In this document: positions 1 through 15,757 of the stretch, piece after piece
How positions within the stretch are numbered: the first letter of the stretch is position 1
Layout of the letters: the number at the start of each line of letters is the position of its first letter
From: the human T2T-CHM13v2.0 reference genome, Homo sapiens
DNA length: 64,000 bases
Assembly: GCF_009914755.1 (NCBI RefSeq)
Contig: NC_060928.1
Reading direction: 5' to 3' (one strand)
Position numbers and translations under genes: made by a program
Notes under the pieces: model-generated
Database searches by the model: none
Told to the model about the DNA's origin: nothing
What the model saw: only the letters and a program-made list of their open reading frames with translations

Positions 1-2768
1 ACTTATAGAGGAGTTTAGGAGGAAGTTCAACAAAAAACTTTAAAATCTGCAGAATGAATTGTGCTGTTAAAGTGGATGAAAATACGATGTGATATATGTG
101 TCTAGCCATAGAAAAATATATAAAAAGCAAATTTCTAAAATATTATCGTTCTTTATATCAGAGTGTCAAGATATGTTTTGGTTTCTGTATTTTCTTTTAT
201 TTTGTATATCATGTAAATGCTTCACAATGATGGTAACAAGGAGAAAAGGGAATTGATAATTGTAGAAAAACAAATATAATTTTTATAACCCATATTTATA
301 GTTCAGGAAAATGTATAAACTATACTTAAGAGGATATAAAGTCTTATGAAGTATTTCACATTTTATGCAGCATTGTTCCTGCAAGTAAAAATACTTCCAA
401 ATGCCATGTCTTTACTTTCCATACAAACTGTTTGCCTTTGGGTTTTCATCTCCTGGTACTGGGCAGGAAGGAAGCCTGTCTTTTTCAAGGATGTGGATAA
501 CCAGATCAGCAGGAAGCCTGTAGCTGTATGCGTTTCCATAAATTTTTTGGTCTTACATTTCAGTCTACACCTCCGAGACCAAATGCCCATAGATGAGAGA
601 CATTTCTATTTTTCATGAATTACTAATTACCTTTTCAGAAAAGTCTGACAGTTCTTAAACTGATATGTACGCACACAGACACGTTTTTTTCTTTAGTTAC
701 CTGATTAGAATTAAAGTTCTTGAAGGTCAAAGTTGAAAACTTCCCTGGTCTAGCAATTACAAAGAGTAAAGAAAATGAAATATTTTAGACAATAATATAT
801 AACCCAAGCACTGACACATGAATTGCCTGCATTATTTTCTTTTGTCTCATGAGGATATTAATATTTTACTAGAAATGAGCTACTGGCATGCATAGCATGT
901 ATTTAGTACATAATAACTAATATCTCTTTTTCTATATTATAAAAATCTTTCCAATCTAAATTATTGAACTGATGCCAAAAATAACATTTTAGTGTTTTTG
1001 TTTTGCTTCAATAATAGAAAATTATTTGTTTAGATGTTCGTTCGTTTTAAGCATAGGAGAGTCTTTTTTTATCTTGACAATTGAGACTCCAGAAAAAAAG
1101 AAAACAGCAACTTTTAATTTATTTAAAAAGTGAGTGTTATTCAGATTTACTATCAAAGTAATTAATGGTAACCACTCTGCATAATATTCAGCTAATAAAT
1201 GTTATGCCTTGTAAGCCACAGAGGAGTAAAACCTAATATGTTCCAAGGTTAAAGAAGACAGAGGAATGACGACCAATCTGGGAAAATTAACTACTGCACT
1301 TGTATGAAGCATTATGGACATCAATCCTGTTTCCCCTCCCTACTTCAAACACAAGTAATTCCTGGTGTTTTTTTTTTTTATTTTAATATCTCAAGATATC
1401 TTTTATAGAAACTGTAAATATAATCAAGGAGAATAAGCATATGTGTCAGAAATAGTTTGGGTTGCTTACTAAGGGTCCCACTTCAATATTTAAAAGCATG
1501 TAAATTATAGAGACTTTTTAATCCTGTTGATTATTTTAAAAAATAGGAGTCACATATTGAAACAACTTCTTTGATTCCTTCTGTATAAGCCTGAACTATA
1601 GACGTCTAATATGTAAATCAAATTTTATAAAGTTTAAGCACATTTTGAAATGAAACAGAGTCCTTGTACATATGTGCCACTACAGTGGGTCTGTCGGTCT
1701 CTCTGCATACACACAAACATTCACATACATGCATACCCTCATATGACCTGTTCTGTTCTACACCCCTTGTTGCTCCCAGAAAACTCAATCTCAAAATTGT
1801 CAAAGCCAGTAAAATCTCTATCAAATTTGGAATAGTGCAATCTGAATTACACTCTATGGACTTTAAAGCCCCAACAAGTGCGGAGTTTACAAGTATTCTT
1901 CAAATTTCCTAGAATGCTCTTAGCCACATATCCTCCAAACCAGAAATAATTGCTTCTTTTTCACTCAATTTCATTTTACTTTGTATATACCACTGTATTA
2001 TTTGTGTTGCAAACATTTGTTTGCATTGAATTGATCTTATAAGGAAAGGTTTTCCATATTATGTATTCCCAGTAACTAAATCCAATAGCACCCTTCACAC
2101 AGAAGCCAGTCAATAAACATTTGCAGCATTTAGTCGAAGTCTAATATCTGAATTCACAGAAAAAACAAACGAATAACAAAGGCTTTCAGTCCACTTTTCA
2201 TCTTCTGTCATTAATAGAATTCCCAAATACATGAAATGTTCACTGCCCAATATTTCTTGGAAATGGTACCTGGACGCTCTCTTCTCTTCCTTAATGTTTT
2301 GTCTATTAACATGTAGAATACTTTCAGTGAATTTAAAGTATTCACCTTGTTGGGCATCATTTGCCAAGTGCAGCTTTAAGCAAAATGAATACTTTTCCAA
2401 AGGAACTGCTTTAAAAATTCCCTAGGCTGAATCAAGAGTCTCTGGTCCTTCATCTGACAGAATGACAGATTCACTGAACACATCGCTATTTTTTCAGCAG
2501 GGGATTATTTTATTTTCCAATCATCTAGGTCCTAATGCTAAACATATATGCATTGAGATTAATTTATAGAAAATGCTGGGAGGCTTTCCTTGTAATTTTT
2601 GATGCAATGGTTTACTCTGCCTAGGGCACACACTGAAAATGACACCTAGGAGGTCTTAAAGTATAGTGACTGCTCTGGAATCTCCTTTGAGCCAATCTTT
2701 CTACTCACACCTCCCTCCAGAAAAGAGTTTTCATAAAAAACAATCCTCCCTTATGAAGAAACACACTA

Positions 2769-3428
2769 GTCTGGGTGTGGTGGCTCACACTTGTAATCCC
2801 TGCACTTTCGGAGGCCGAGGCAGTAGGACCACTTCAAGACCAGCTTGGGCAATATATTAGTCTGTTTTCACATATTATAAAGAACTGCCCAAGACTGGGT
2901 AATTTATAAAGGAAGGAGTTTTAATTGACTCACAGTTCTGCATGGCTAGGGAGGCCTCAGGAAACTTACAATCATGGCAGAAGGTGAAGGGGAAACAAGG
3001 CACCTTTGTCACAAGGTGTCAGGAAGGAGAATGAACACAAGAGGAACTACCAGACAATTATAAAACTATCAGATCTCCTGAGAATGCATTCACTATTATG
3101 AGAACAGCATGGGGGAACCACATCCATGATTCAATTACCTCCACCTGGTCTCTCCCTTGACACATGGAGATTATGGGGATTACAATTCAAGATGGGATTT
3201 TGGGTGGGGACACAGCCAAACCAAATCAGGCAACATGATAAAACCCCATTTCTCCAAAATTACAAAAATTAGCAGGCATGGTGGTGTGTGCCTGTAGTCC
3301 CAGCTAATTAGGAGGCTGAGGTGGGAGGATTGCTTGAACCAGGAAGGTCAAGACTATAGTGAGCCAAGATTGCACTACTGCATTCCAACCTGGGTGACAA
3401 AGTGAGACCCTGTCTCAAAAAAGAAAGG

Positions 3429-3467
<39 letters not shown>

Positions 3468-3488
3468 AAGAAAGAAAATAAAAGAAGG
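2769..3488 (+). mobile_element. AluJ element split by a THE1 LTR (Alu parts 2769-2852 and 3229-3488, including an A/(GA)n tail)
   Basis: Left arm starts gtctgggtgtggtggctcacac. The Alu resumes at ggcaacatgataaaacccc. The right arm is J-type (ggaggattgcttgaacc...gagaccctgtctc). aacacact occurs on both flanks as a probable TSD remnant. Confidence 0.93.
2853..3228 (-). mobile_element. THE1 (C/D-like) MaLR solo LTR inserted into an AluJ
   Basis: Ends tatattagtctg...cacagccaaaccaaatca match the reverse complement of THE1. Length 376 bp. Perfect 5-bp TSD GGCAA at 2848-2852 and 3229-3233. Confidence 0.93.
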
Positions 3489-3730
3489 AACACACTTAAC
3501 TTAGTACTGATTTAGGCATAATATATTCATCCAGTGAGTATTTTATGAGAAATTATTATGAACCAGGCACTGTAGTAAATGGCAAAGCAGATTTGAAAAG
3601 AACCTTATCTGTGCCCTCTTGGAACTTAGTCACCAAGAGAAGGGGGAGAGACTATAAATAAGTGCATAAAGATATGTAATAGTATCTTAAATAGAGACCA
3701 GTGTTTCAAAGGACTGAATCTAAGGGATAG

Positions 3731-4094
3731 CGATATAGTTTGGCTGTGTCCCTACCCAAATCTCATCTTGAATTGTAGCTCCCATAATTCCTTCATGTTG
3801 TGGGAAGGACCCAGTGGGAGATAAATGAATCATGAGGGCAGTTTCCCCCATACTGTTCTCATGGTAGTGAATAAGTCTCATGAGAACTGATGGATTTATA
3901 AGGGGAAACCCCTTTCGCTTGGCTTTTATTCTCTTCCCTTGTCTGCCTCCTTGTGATACTTGCCTCTTGGATTTTGCCATGATTGTGATGCCTCCCCAGC
4001 CATGAGGAACTGTGAGTCCATTAAACCTTGTTCTGTTGTAAATTTCCCAGTCTCGGGTATGTCTTTACCAGCAGTGTGAAAACAGACTAATACA
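3731..4094 (+). mobile_element. THE1B-like solo LTR
   Basis: Runs cgatatagtttggctgtgtccc...aacagactaataca, 364 bp. 5-bp TSD gatag/gatgg with 1 mismatch. Confidence 0.92.
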
Positions 4095-7000
4095 GATGGC
4101 GAGTGGCTGATGGCAACTTGCATCTTCAATAGGCTGCTTAGGGAATTCTCTGCTAATGAGGCATTTCAGCAGGGAATGCAATTTAAACTTTGTGAACAAG
4201 AGAAGCCAGCAAAAGAGATAAAAATATAGAAGAAACCTGTTATGATGAAGGAACATAAACAAACCTAGAAGTTACTTGATGAAAGTATTTCAAAGTTTTT
4301 TTTCTAAAAGGCTTTCATTTATTTATTAGTATCTTAATCTTCACAAATAGCCAAGAATCACCAGATACCTGGTAAGTCTCATATTCAGAAATAAATACTG
4401 AACTAAACAGAAAAAAAGAAGGGCAAATGCAGACATTATCAGAAGTAGAAAAATTTCTCAAAAGTATCAGCTGATATTCTCAGAGAATTTTAAATAATGA
4501 ATTACATCCTTATGTTATATAGCATTTCAGTACTATTTGGCACATAAACTATATGCACGTATTATATTAACAAAAATGATAAACTAATTAACAAATTTAT
4601 TTGCATATTATACTAATAAGCAGGTGGTCCTGACTTGTTGAGAAAGAAAGTATATTCGGGTTTTTTTATGGTAAATTGTGGCTGAAAGATGACAAAACAA
4701 TAAGAGGAAGTATGAAAGAGTTCTGAATAATTGGAGGGACATTATATTGGTCTTTTTGACATAGGGATTCCTCTGGTTTATCAACTAAAGTATTATGACT
4801 CCAAGTAAAAGAAAAAAATAACATATACTGACATAAAAGTAATACAGTCTGGAGGCAAGATGGGTTTTCTGAGAATTAATTTAGTCCCACGGCTGTGGTT
4901 TCTTTGCACTACTCTTGCCTTTAATGTGCCCTCCTCTCTCTGTTTCTTTCTTCTTCGGGTGGCTTTCTTCATGCAAAAAAAAAAAAAAAAAATGACTAAA
5001 GCATTTTCTGTCTTGCTGTTTATACTTTACTGGATCCTAGAAAAAAGGATTGTGGAAACTCTCATAAGAATTTAAAAGTTAGAGATAATTTTGCCAAAAG
5101 CAGCAGTGAATCTCTATTAATGATGATTGCTCAACAGGTGATGAGCCCATTATTCACTTTTCTTGGAAGGGAGATGGAGTTACCCTTCGATCACTCAACA
5201 CCTGGAGCTCAAGAAAGAGCCAAGATTCCCTAAGTCACATGAGCTACACAGGGAGAGGGTTCTCCTAGGAAGAGGGGAAAGGAGGAGGGATGCTAAAAGT
5301 CAACCAAGCCTGTCTATTAAAGCCTGTGCATTACACTGGGACATTCTTCAGAGCACAAAGCAGTTCAAATATATGTTACTACTGTCTCTAACACAAAGTA
5401 ACTACTTAAGGAATACCGATGCAGTGACCACATGATGAAAGGCAGGCTTAACAGAAAGGCTTTATATAAGAGCCATTGAAGCGATTTTAGAAGAAAACAA
5501 CATTCTAGCAATTTATACCAGAAGAGAAATTGAGTTTGAAAGCCCAACATGTTTGCACTTGTAGACTTGATAACATTCTAGGACAGAATCCTTTTTTTCT
5601 TGAAGGCCACTAATAAACTCCCTGGTATGGTGGGAAAGACTGCAGGATGGGAGAATTTGGGGTGATACTATTTAAGCTTATTTATGACTATCTCAGTATT
5701 TCAAGTTAATTTGAGGTTTCATAAAGCTAGAAAACATCGTCTAAAATTCCTTTCTAACTCTCAGCAATGGCAATTTAAAATCAAAGAAGGTTTTATCTTA
5801 CTGCCTTTCTTTCTCAAAGTTTAGTTTCCTACATCACAAGACAGGATTATCAAGAAGTCAACTTTCATTCACATGGCTAGTTGTGTGAAATCCCTCTGTG
5901 GTTTACTTTTATTTCTAGTGTTTATATGACATTTAAAGCACCTTTGCTTTGTTGATAGATATTGAACACCAGTAATTGTACTACCTGAGCTAATTAGGCA
6001 ACTAGAGCGTGTTTACCATGCCTATCAATTTTCTGTCCAGGAGAATATCTCAAAACCAGTTAACAAGGAAGAGCAGTTTGAAATGCTTGCTTAATTGTGT
6101 ATACAGTATTCTCTAAAGCTAACCAATGACCTCAATTAACAAATTGAGGTTACCATTGTTCATTTCACTGTTGTTTAGCAGCCTTCTGCAACTGCTTTCC
6201 CAAAAGCAAGCCTTTATTTTGCAGAAAAGCTTTATTAGGTTTGCACTAAGCAGAGACAGAATTGCCAAATCATGGAGGAAATTATGCAGACTTGGGTTTC
6301 ACTTAAACCTGAGTAGAGTCGCAAGAAACAAAACAATTTTAGCATATTATTTTTCTTTTCAGAGTGCTTTAAGAATGTATGAATAGAGAAAAAATAACTT
6401 TATGTCTTTAGATTATGAACTTCTTTGGAGGATATACTAGAGTGTTAATAAAATGCTAGGTATTATACATATAATTTTCCAGTGACGAGAATATATTCTC
6501 TCTTGAAGCATTAAATAAGCTATGTCATTATCTTGCACATTAGCTCCATAACTTAAAATAGACTTTGAACATAGCTTTAGATATTTCTAGCGGTTGGAAC
6601 ATAACATTAAAGAGAGAAAGAATGCAACGAAGACATTTTAACCTGAATGGATTTCTATTTGTGGAAAGTTAAACAAATATACTCAGATTATTTTTAACTC
6701 TTTCTGTAAAATCTAACTTATAAGACCACCCATATATAGAGGTCAGCATTAAAGGGAAAAGAAAAAATGTTTAAATCTTGCTCAGATAAGACAACATCAA
6801 ATAAATTTTTAAAAATATCTTAAATCATTGAATGCAGAATCAGCCAATAATATTCATAACCAAGCATGTCATGTTCTGCTCATATTTTATAAACCCACAC
6901 AATGTATTCAACTTCTATCTACCATATAAGCTCCTTACAGCTCTGACTATAACAAGAAACAATGGTGGTGCTTTTCATCTCTAGAGAGATAAAAGTATTC

Positions 7001-7524
7001 CACTATCATTACTGTATTATCTGAACAAACTTAGTTCTATTTTTATTACTTATTTCAATATGCCAGAAAGCCTAAACAAAAGCACAATTAAACGATGGTG
7101 AAATTTTTTCCCTTATTTACAGAGAAATAAAATATTCTGTGGAAAGTTTTAAGTTGGTGAATGAATGGGCAAAGATTTAATAAAGATATTACATTGCTAT
7201 CTCTTATGAGAAAAGGGGAGAAATATTTTCACAATATTGCTTTCATTGTTTTAAACATTTTCTGGCAGTTTGAAACAAGAAGTTGAAAACATCATTCTTT
7301 TGTGTTGATCCAGAATATTTATTTTCTTATGATTCTACCAGTACTCATGAAAATCATATTTTACTTATTTTATTCTCTGCCTCAAATCACCCTTGTCTGT
7401 TGTACTTAACACCTCTATAAAGTAGTCGGCTTAAAAGAAGCAATATAAAGAACAATTTTACTCACTATTTACAGCAACCCCCCACCTGCTTCCTAATGAG
7501 GGAAAGTATGAAGAAATAAGTTGG

Positions 7525-7690
7525 AATATGAGTTCTGGAGTCAAACAGACACTGGCTTGAATTCAATTTCTTCTTATTATTAGCCATATAATTTTATATG
7601 TGTTACTTTTCCAAGCTTCACTTTTCTCATATTTGAAATTAGGGTAATAATAATAAAAAGTTCTACCTTGGAGTTTTATTTTTGAGATAC
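7525..7690 (+). mobile_element. MIR fragment
   Basis: ctggagtcaaacagacactggcttgaattc...cttttctcatatttgaaattagggtaataata resembles the MIR core. Confidence 0.7.
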
Positions 7691-8133
7691 TTCTTCTTAG
7701 AAAAGTGTTCATTTTATTGTATGTACAAGCTAAGTACTGCTATTATTTTGTTTTTATTGACATCATAGTCATTATTGTGGATTAAAAATAAATACTAAAG
7801 TCATCTACCCTATCCTGGCAGGATTCTAAATTGTAAGAAACAAATGTAAACACATAATGATTAAAGACCTGAGATAGATGCCTCTGTAGATGTGTTTCTT
7901 AATCCCTTCGGCACAAAAAAAATCTTTATAAAATAAACCAATGTCTAAAAGGCAGAATGATCTCATCTTTTCTGTGTTGAACTCCTGTATAAAAATCATA
8001 CTACATAGAAAGAGATCAGAATCCATGGGTTTGTTCTACTCATTACCTCCATGATTAAATAGACTTGAACTTCCTGTATTAGTCTTACCTATTTCCTTTT
8101 TACCATTTAATTCTTAAGTATCTAGAATAGCAG

Positions 8134-8273
8134 TTTGTTTGTTTTTTTGGTTGTCGTTTGGTTTTTTGTTTGTGTTTTTTTTTTGGCACAGTTTTTCTCC
8201 GTAGCTCAGGTTGGAGTGCAGTGGCACGATCTTGGCTCGCTGCAACCTCTGCCTCCCGGGTTCTAGCGATTCT
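8134..8273 (-). mobile_element. 5'-truncated AluS right-arm fragment with degenerate tail
   Basis: T-rich tract followed by caggttggagtgcagtggcacgatcttggctcgctgcaacctctgcctcccgggtt. Confidence 0.85.
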
Positions 8274-8399
8274 TACGGATTAGTTCCAAGAAATCCATGA
8301 TCCTATTGAATTGAATGCAAATATCAGTAAGCATAGTTTTCTACATTGTCTCCCTGCAGGAGATTTCTCGTTATTGAGTTCTTTCTTCCAATTTTTCAC

Positions 8400-9005
8400 T
8401 GAGTCAGAGCAACTTTTTAAAATGAAAGATAACATTGGTTTAACATAGCACCAGTATAGTTGATTGAGTAAACCGTATTAACATTCTCTAAATAGTTATG
8501 ATAAATATTAAAATCCTTAACTGGAACTCAAAGGCTCTGATTAGTTTGAATTGTATATACCAAAATACTCACATTTCTCTCCTCTCATTTTTTACAACAC
8601 ACATTCTTTCCCTTGCCACAGGGCCTTAATATATGCTGTTTTTATTTGTAAAAATGCTGTCTCCTCCCTCTAGTGCGTCATTCCCACATACTAGATAGAC
8701 TCAATACCCTCTCGTTTATCATTCAGAACTCAGCTAGATCATCTTTTTCTAACCTCCTTAGATAAATAGGACAGAAACCTCTATCCTATGCTTTCATAAT
8801 GCATGCAGCCCCCATTGTAGTATTTACAACAGTTCAATTTAAAGCTTATTTAAATGTCAATTTCATTAATTTCAGTCTCCTATACCATACTACAGGCTCA
8901 TTTTGGAAAGTTGTCTGGATCTGTTCGCCTTTAAATTATCACTACTCAGCATATGCTTGAAAAAGTGGATACTTGTTAAATTAATGCATAAAGAAATGAA
9001 TGAGA
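8400..9005 (+). mobile_element. L2 3' fragment
   Basis: ccacagggcctt-type motif and an L2-like 3' end (ttgttaaattaatg...aatgaatga). Highly diverged. Confidence 0.5.
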
Positions 9006-10767
9006 AAGTTAAAAACCATATTTCTATGTCCTACACATATCACATTATTTTCTCCCTTTGAAGGCAGAAAATTTCTTTATTAATATTTGAGGTATAAATT
9101 ATCTCACCTAATGTGTAATACATAAAAAGTAATCGATAAATCTTTGTTTATAAAAGCAAAAGTCTAGCACAGTGCTGACAAGAGTACTCCAGTAATAATG
9201 ACAACTAGTATACCTAATACTAATATTACTATCAGTTATATATTTTATTATTTATGACATTGAGGTAAGCTATTATTCGGCAGTAAAAACATGTTTTTCA
9301 ATATATATAAAAAATTTGGAATGCCATATTTTATTCTTTGCTGTGACTAAGAATTTTTAAATGTTGTTGAGACATTTAAATACTAAGATTATAATCTTAA
9401 CATTTTATATTTTTCTCCCTTTTAAGCCAAGCCTAACATGCTTATTAGTTTAATTAATTGCATCAAAAATATAAACATGATTTTCTTAGTTTTAAAAAAG
9501 TAAAAAAAAAAAAAGCTATTCAAAAGGGCATACAAAGATATCTCCCTGTAAACTAAAAAGATAGTATCTTCTTTAGTCTTCAATATTGAAAATATATATT
9601 ATAATTTATGTTAGGTACAACCATTCAACTTAGTGTTAAATTTCCTTCAAAGCAGAAACATTACCAGAGAATAAATCAGAAAACTCACAGAACTCCTTAA
9701 TAATTTTAAGAAACCCACAGTAGCTAATAGAGTTGTTGAACCAAATTATTTTGAAAAATGTAATACATCATATTGAGAGCCAGATAAAATATATAAATGT
9801 AACAGTTTAGCTTAAAGAGTTAAGAATAGAAGCAAAAAGCTACGTGGGGTTTGTAAGTAACGTTGGTGTTATGCAGTGATGTATATGAAAAATTGACTTA
9901 GAATACTTGGGAGAAAATAATACTTTAGCAATTCATGCAATTAAAATCTACTTATTTTACAAAATCTTATTTCTTACTGTTTTGCTTGATCAATTTTTCT
10001 GCCTACCTTTTTCCGCTTAAGAAACAAAGTTTTGACATGAAGCACAGTTGAATGATTTAACACCAACATTAATAATGTAAAATAAATAATTTCCTGTAAA
10101 TGTTATTTCATCGTTGAGTGACTTTGAGTTGAGGAATTTCTATAGCTTTTGTAGGAGTTCTAACAGTTTAGCTTATGGCTGTTCTAATCTCATGCTCTTT
10201 TCAGATTTTTACACAGATAGTCAAACAACCAGTTTCTTTCATTTCTCCCAACTACTAATTGTTGACTGATATTTGAGATAAATATAATAGCATGATAAGG
10301 CTGAAATGAGACTATTTTGGAACTAAAAGCATTCTCCTTTAAGTAACATGAAAAAGGAAAGAAATGCAAAAGCATTATCTTGTCTTGATACGCATTTTGT
10401 AGTTTATGTTCTAATATACCTAATAAAGGCAAAATTTTCACACTGAATTCCAAAAAACAAAATTAAATATTAATCTTAAGTAAAACAGCAAAGAAGAATA
10501 AAATAATCAACACCGAACCATTTACTCAGCCAAGTTTTCTGTGTTTTGAACTATGTTGAGACATTAATTGACAATATTCTACAGCGTTTGTCAAACCAAA
10601 CGTTTTTAAAGTGTAAATATATTGAGTAATCAGCATTTAATTCCGTGGGAGAAAAATCAAATTCTTCATGAATTTCAAATGTTTTCTCACAACTTAAATT
10701 ACATGGGACTAATAAAGAATTATGTGCAAATATGTTAACTCCTGGGGTATCTGAGTTGTAAATTTAG

Positions 10768-11449
10768 TTTCAGTTATTGTTACTGTTCTCAATTTCAAAC
10801 TCACCCTTCGTGATGTGGGGCTGACACCTTCCAATCATATTTCTGCTGTGTTCTCTTGGCTTCTGTAAGTCTCTCCTGTAAGCCAGTAGAAGGTACTAGA
10901 AAAGCACTTTATGAATTGAGGAAAAATAAGAAATACACTCCTTCCTGTTTATTTTGTCTTCCTTGATTTTGCTTCCTGCTGCTCTCAGCATCACCGTGGC
11001 AATACTTTTTCACCTTGACAGTGACATTTCATTTCAATAACAGCAGTTGATTTCAGTTTGCATGTTTCCCAACACTTTCAGAAACAACTTCATCACACAC
11101 CACCCCCCCGCCGCTCCCTCCCCCAGCCCCAGAGACATCAACTTCAATGCAGGGAGCAGTAACTCCTCAGACACCTAAGTTTCCAACACCTGAGTTTCTG
11201 CTTTGCAAAATCCCTACTCCATCTCCAAAGTTTTAGTAACCCCAAAATTTAATTGCCCCAGCCTTAGATGGAAACTACCTTCAGTAGTTACTATCCCCAA
11301 TACTTTAGTGGAAACTTTCTCCCTCTGCAGAACTCCAAAAACTGGTATCAAATCTTTATATTAAGTGCTTTTGGTTAAAAACAAACAACAATGACAATAA
11401 AAACCAACTGTTGTAGCTTCTGTTTCCTCACTGGACTCTGAATGATACA
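10768..11449 (+). mobile_element. Ancient ERVL LTR (LTR33/LTR41-like)
   Basis: Start resembles tcagttatt...tcaaactcacccttc. End ttctgtttcctcactggactctgaatgataca is typical of these LTRs. Confidence 0.55.
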
Positions 11450-13429
11450 TATGTTATTATTATGGATTAATAAATGGTTGCTTAAATCCTTTTGCCTGCA
11501 TATCATTGTTTATAGATGTATGAAATCAATGAATTCTTATGAATTTTAAGCTGCACTTTAATCCCTATAGGCACTGATAAAGAAACCAGAGTTGCAATGT
11601 GAATAGACATTTGCTTTCCTAGGTAAAAAAGAATGGGCTGTTCTGGGCATTACTAACTCAGTGAAACATGATTTCCCATACCTTTTCAATCATCACTTAC
11701 GGTCACCAAGAGGAATTGTCCTTTCATGTACTTTAGTCTGAATGGACAACATTCAAGACCTTCACCTCCAATTCTTTACCCAACTGGGTCCACTTATCTC
11801 TTCTCCTGTTAAATATGCTCCTGTATGTCTTATCGATACAATGGCAAGAAATCCCAGGATTTCAAACTTAGAGATATGAACCTTTCCAGAAATTTTTCTC
11901 TTATTTCCAACGCAACTCTTGGAAAAAAAAAAAAAAAGAAGAAGCAGCAGCTCTGCTTCCATACCATCAGGCATGGTATCGGGTCTTTTATTTTTCTGCC
12001 TTCCGAACTACACTGTCAACTTCCTGAAGAAATAATGCTTTGTTAATATAATTCCAGTGGATAACAATACAATAACAAGCTTGCTGAAGATTGAACAAAT
12101 GTGGGATAAATGAAAGAATGAATGAATGAGTGGTTTCAATTATCACAACTAATCTTCTGGTATTATATAACAAACACTTGACATATCTACACATTTCTCT
12201 GATTTGGACTTTAGTATTATTAACTCCACCCCTTAATTAGAATCAAATCAATAACCTGGTTTCTTATTGCATTGCTATATATTTGTGTCACATTCTACTG
12301 CTACTGAATCTCATTTACTTATGTAAAGTACTTCTCGTGGACTTTGGAGTCATTAAAAAGATTAAATTGTGTTTGATTTAATTTAGTGTTAAATATATTT
12401 CATTGTTTTCTAATTTCTTGGAAAATTGATAATCCTGCCATATAGTGTATGTAATAATTCCTTATTAATTAAAAAATCTGTTTAACAAGGACAGCAAATT
12501 TCCTCTCTACAACAGATAACAGAGTTTATTCTGTAATTAACTCTCTGTCAGAGTCCTTAAACTAATTATATCTTATGTTCTTTTCTTAGATGCTTTGGCT
12601 CTATCTGTGGGCCTAGAGACAATCTGGTACTAAATCACCCTTGATTTCAATATTTATGATGTGATTGTCCTATGTAAACTGCACTATGTTTCACTTAACT
12701 ATAAATATATTTTACTATATTTTTCAATTCACCTTTTGCTTATGTTTTACATGACTGTTTATCTTTTTTATTAGTCATCTTCCTTGAATATGGATCTTCT
12801 CTTTAGAATGGAAAACTAGGGGCCCTAGTCTATCCTGTGGTATTAATGCACTATATGAAAGTAAAAATTGCTGGAGAGGTTAGGTTAAGACTCAACTTTG
12901 GAAGTAGCAGTTTCTTGCCTCAGTGTAAGAGCACAATAGCTTCCACTTGCTACCAGCATTATTGAGAATATAAAATAATTCATACACATGTGCTTAGAAA
13001 AAAGAGTATATACATTTAAGGTAGATGAAAGTTTCTTAATTTTCAGATTCAAGCTTTCCAGAGTTAATGATAGTCAGTCTTTATTACTTTTCAGCCCAAT
13101 GTACTGACTTGTCTATGGTTACTGTTTCTTTTGTGTTCTCTAGCTGACTCTGGTCATGATGACATTTCTTTTATCTGAATAACTTTGTAAATGACACTGA
13201 GATTCCTAGGAGACTCTCTCCTATAAGTAGAAATAGAATTGAAAATTCTTTCCCTGGGACATTCAAAGATGATAGAATTTCTCCCTTCTTTAATAAACTC
13301 TTTCTTATTCCTATATATCTGATCTCTTTTATTAGCGATAACATAACCCAAAATCTGAGGAGTTTTTGATATTTTTGATATTTTCTGGGTCCCACAACTT
13401 TTTTCAAATTTTCTTTTGAAACAAGTTTA

Positions 13430-14970
<1,541 letters not shown>

Positions 14971-15587
14971 GACTATGGTCTGTAAAAAGGAATGTCATAT
15001 GTATTATAAATTACCCTGATTCTATGGACATAGTTTAAAATATTAAGAGGCTTGGATATGTAGAAGAGAGGCCATAAAATAAAGTATTGAGAAAGACTTT
15101 CTCTGGAGGCTGAACTTGGCTCAGGATTGCTTCCTCTCCTGCAAAAGAATTTTAACAGGCTCAATAATGCATATATTAGGAAATCCGCCAGGGAAAAATA
15201 AATGCTAGATGCATAGGTTAAAATTCTTAAGGTCTCAGGTTTCATTTAGAAGAATAAGAAACATTCATACCTGGAAAGGGGCTTTCAAATTAAGAAGAGT
15301 TATGAGGTTAAAAGATATGTGTACAAAATGAGATAAAACTTGTTTTCCATAGTACCTATTGCTATGTATGCACTTACTAAATATTTATTATACTCATTAT
15401 TTATTTAATTGTAGTGATAAAATTGTACAACAAGATTTAGGTATGAAATTGTAAATTATTCAATAGTAAATTGAAGAACATTGATTTTTAAAGAGAAAAC
15501 TATACATGTCATAAAACTTTCTCTATTTTACAGAAGCATATTTTCTGAAATTACAAACCTGTATTGCTGGATTCACTGTTCTCATAT

Positions 15588-15757
15588 TTTCTTTCTTTTT
15601 TTTAAAATTATACTTTAAGTTCTGGGATACATGTGCTGAACGTGCAGGTTTGTTACATATGTATATATGTGCCATGGTGATTTGCTGCACCTATCAACCT
15701 GTCATCTACATTAGGTATTTCTCATAATGCTATCCCTCCCCTTCCCCCTCTGCCCAC
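15588..15757 (-). mobile_element. Short L1PA (about PA7-8) 3'-end fragment
   Basis: T tract followed by ttatactttaagttctgggatacatgtgc...gctatccctcccc, the reverse complement of the L1 3' UTR end. Confidence 0.88.

Noticed and set aside
346-618. Overlapping 90-aa and 75-aa ORFs with a short caggaagcctgt direct repeat
   Set aside because: No recognisable homology or consistent splice boundaries. The lengths are expected by chance.
3720-4129. ORFs in THE1 LTRs (also 19787-20107)
   Set aside because: Translations of LTR sequence, not genes.
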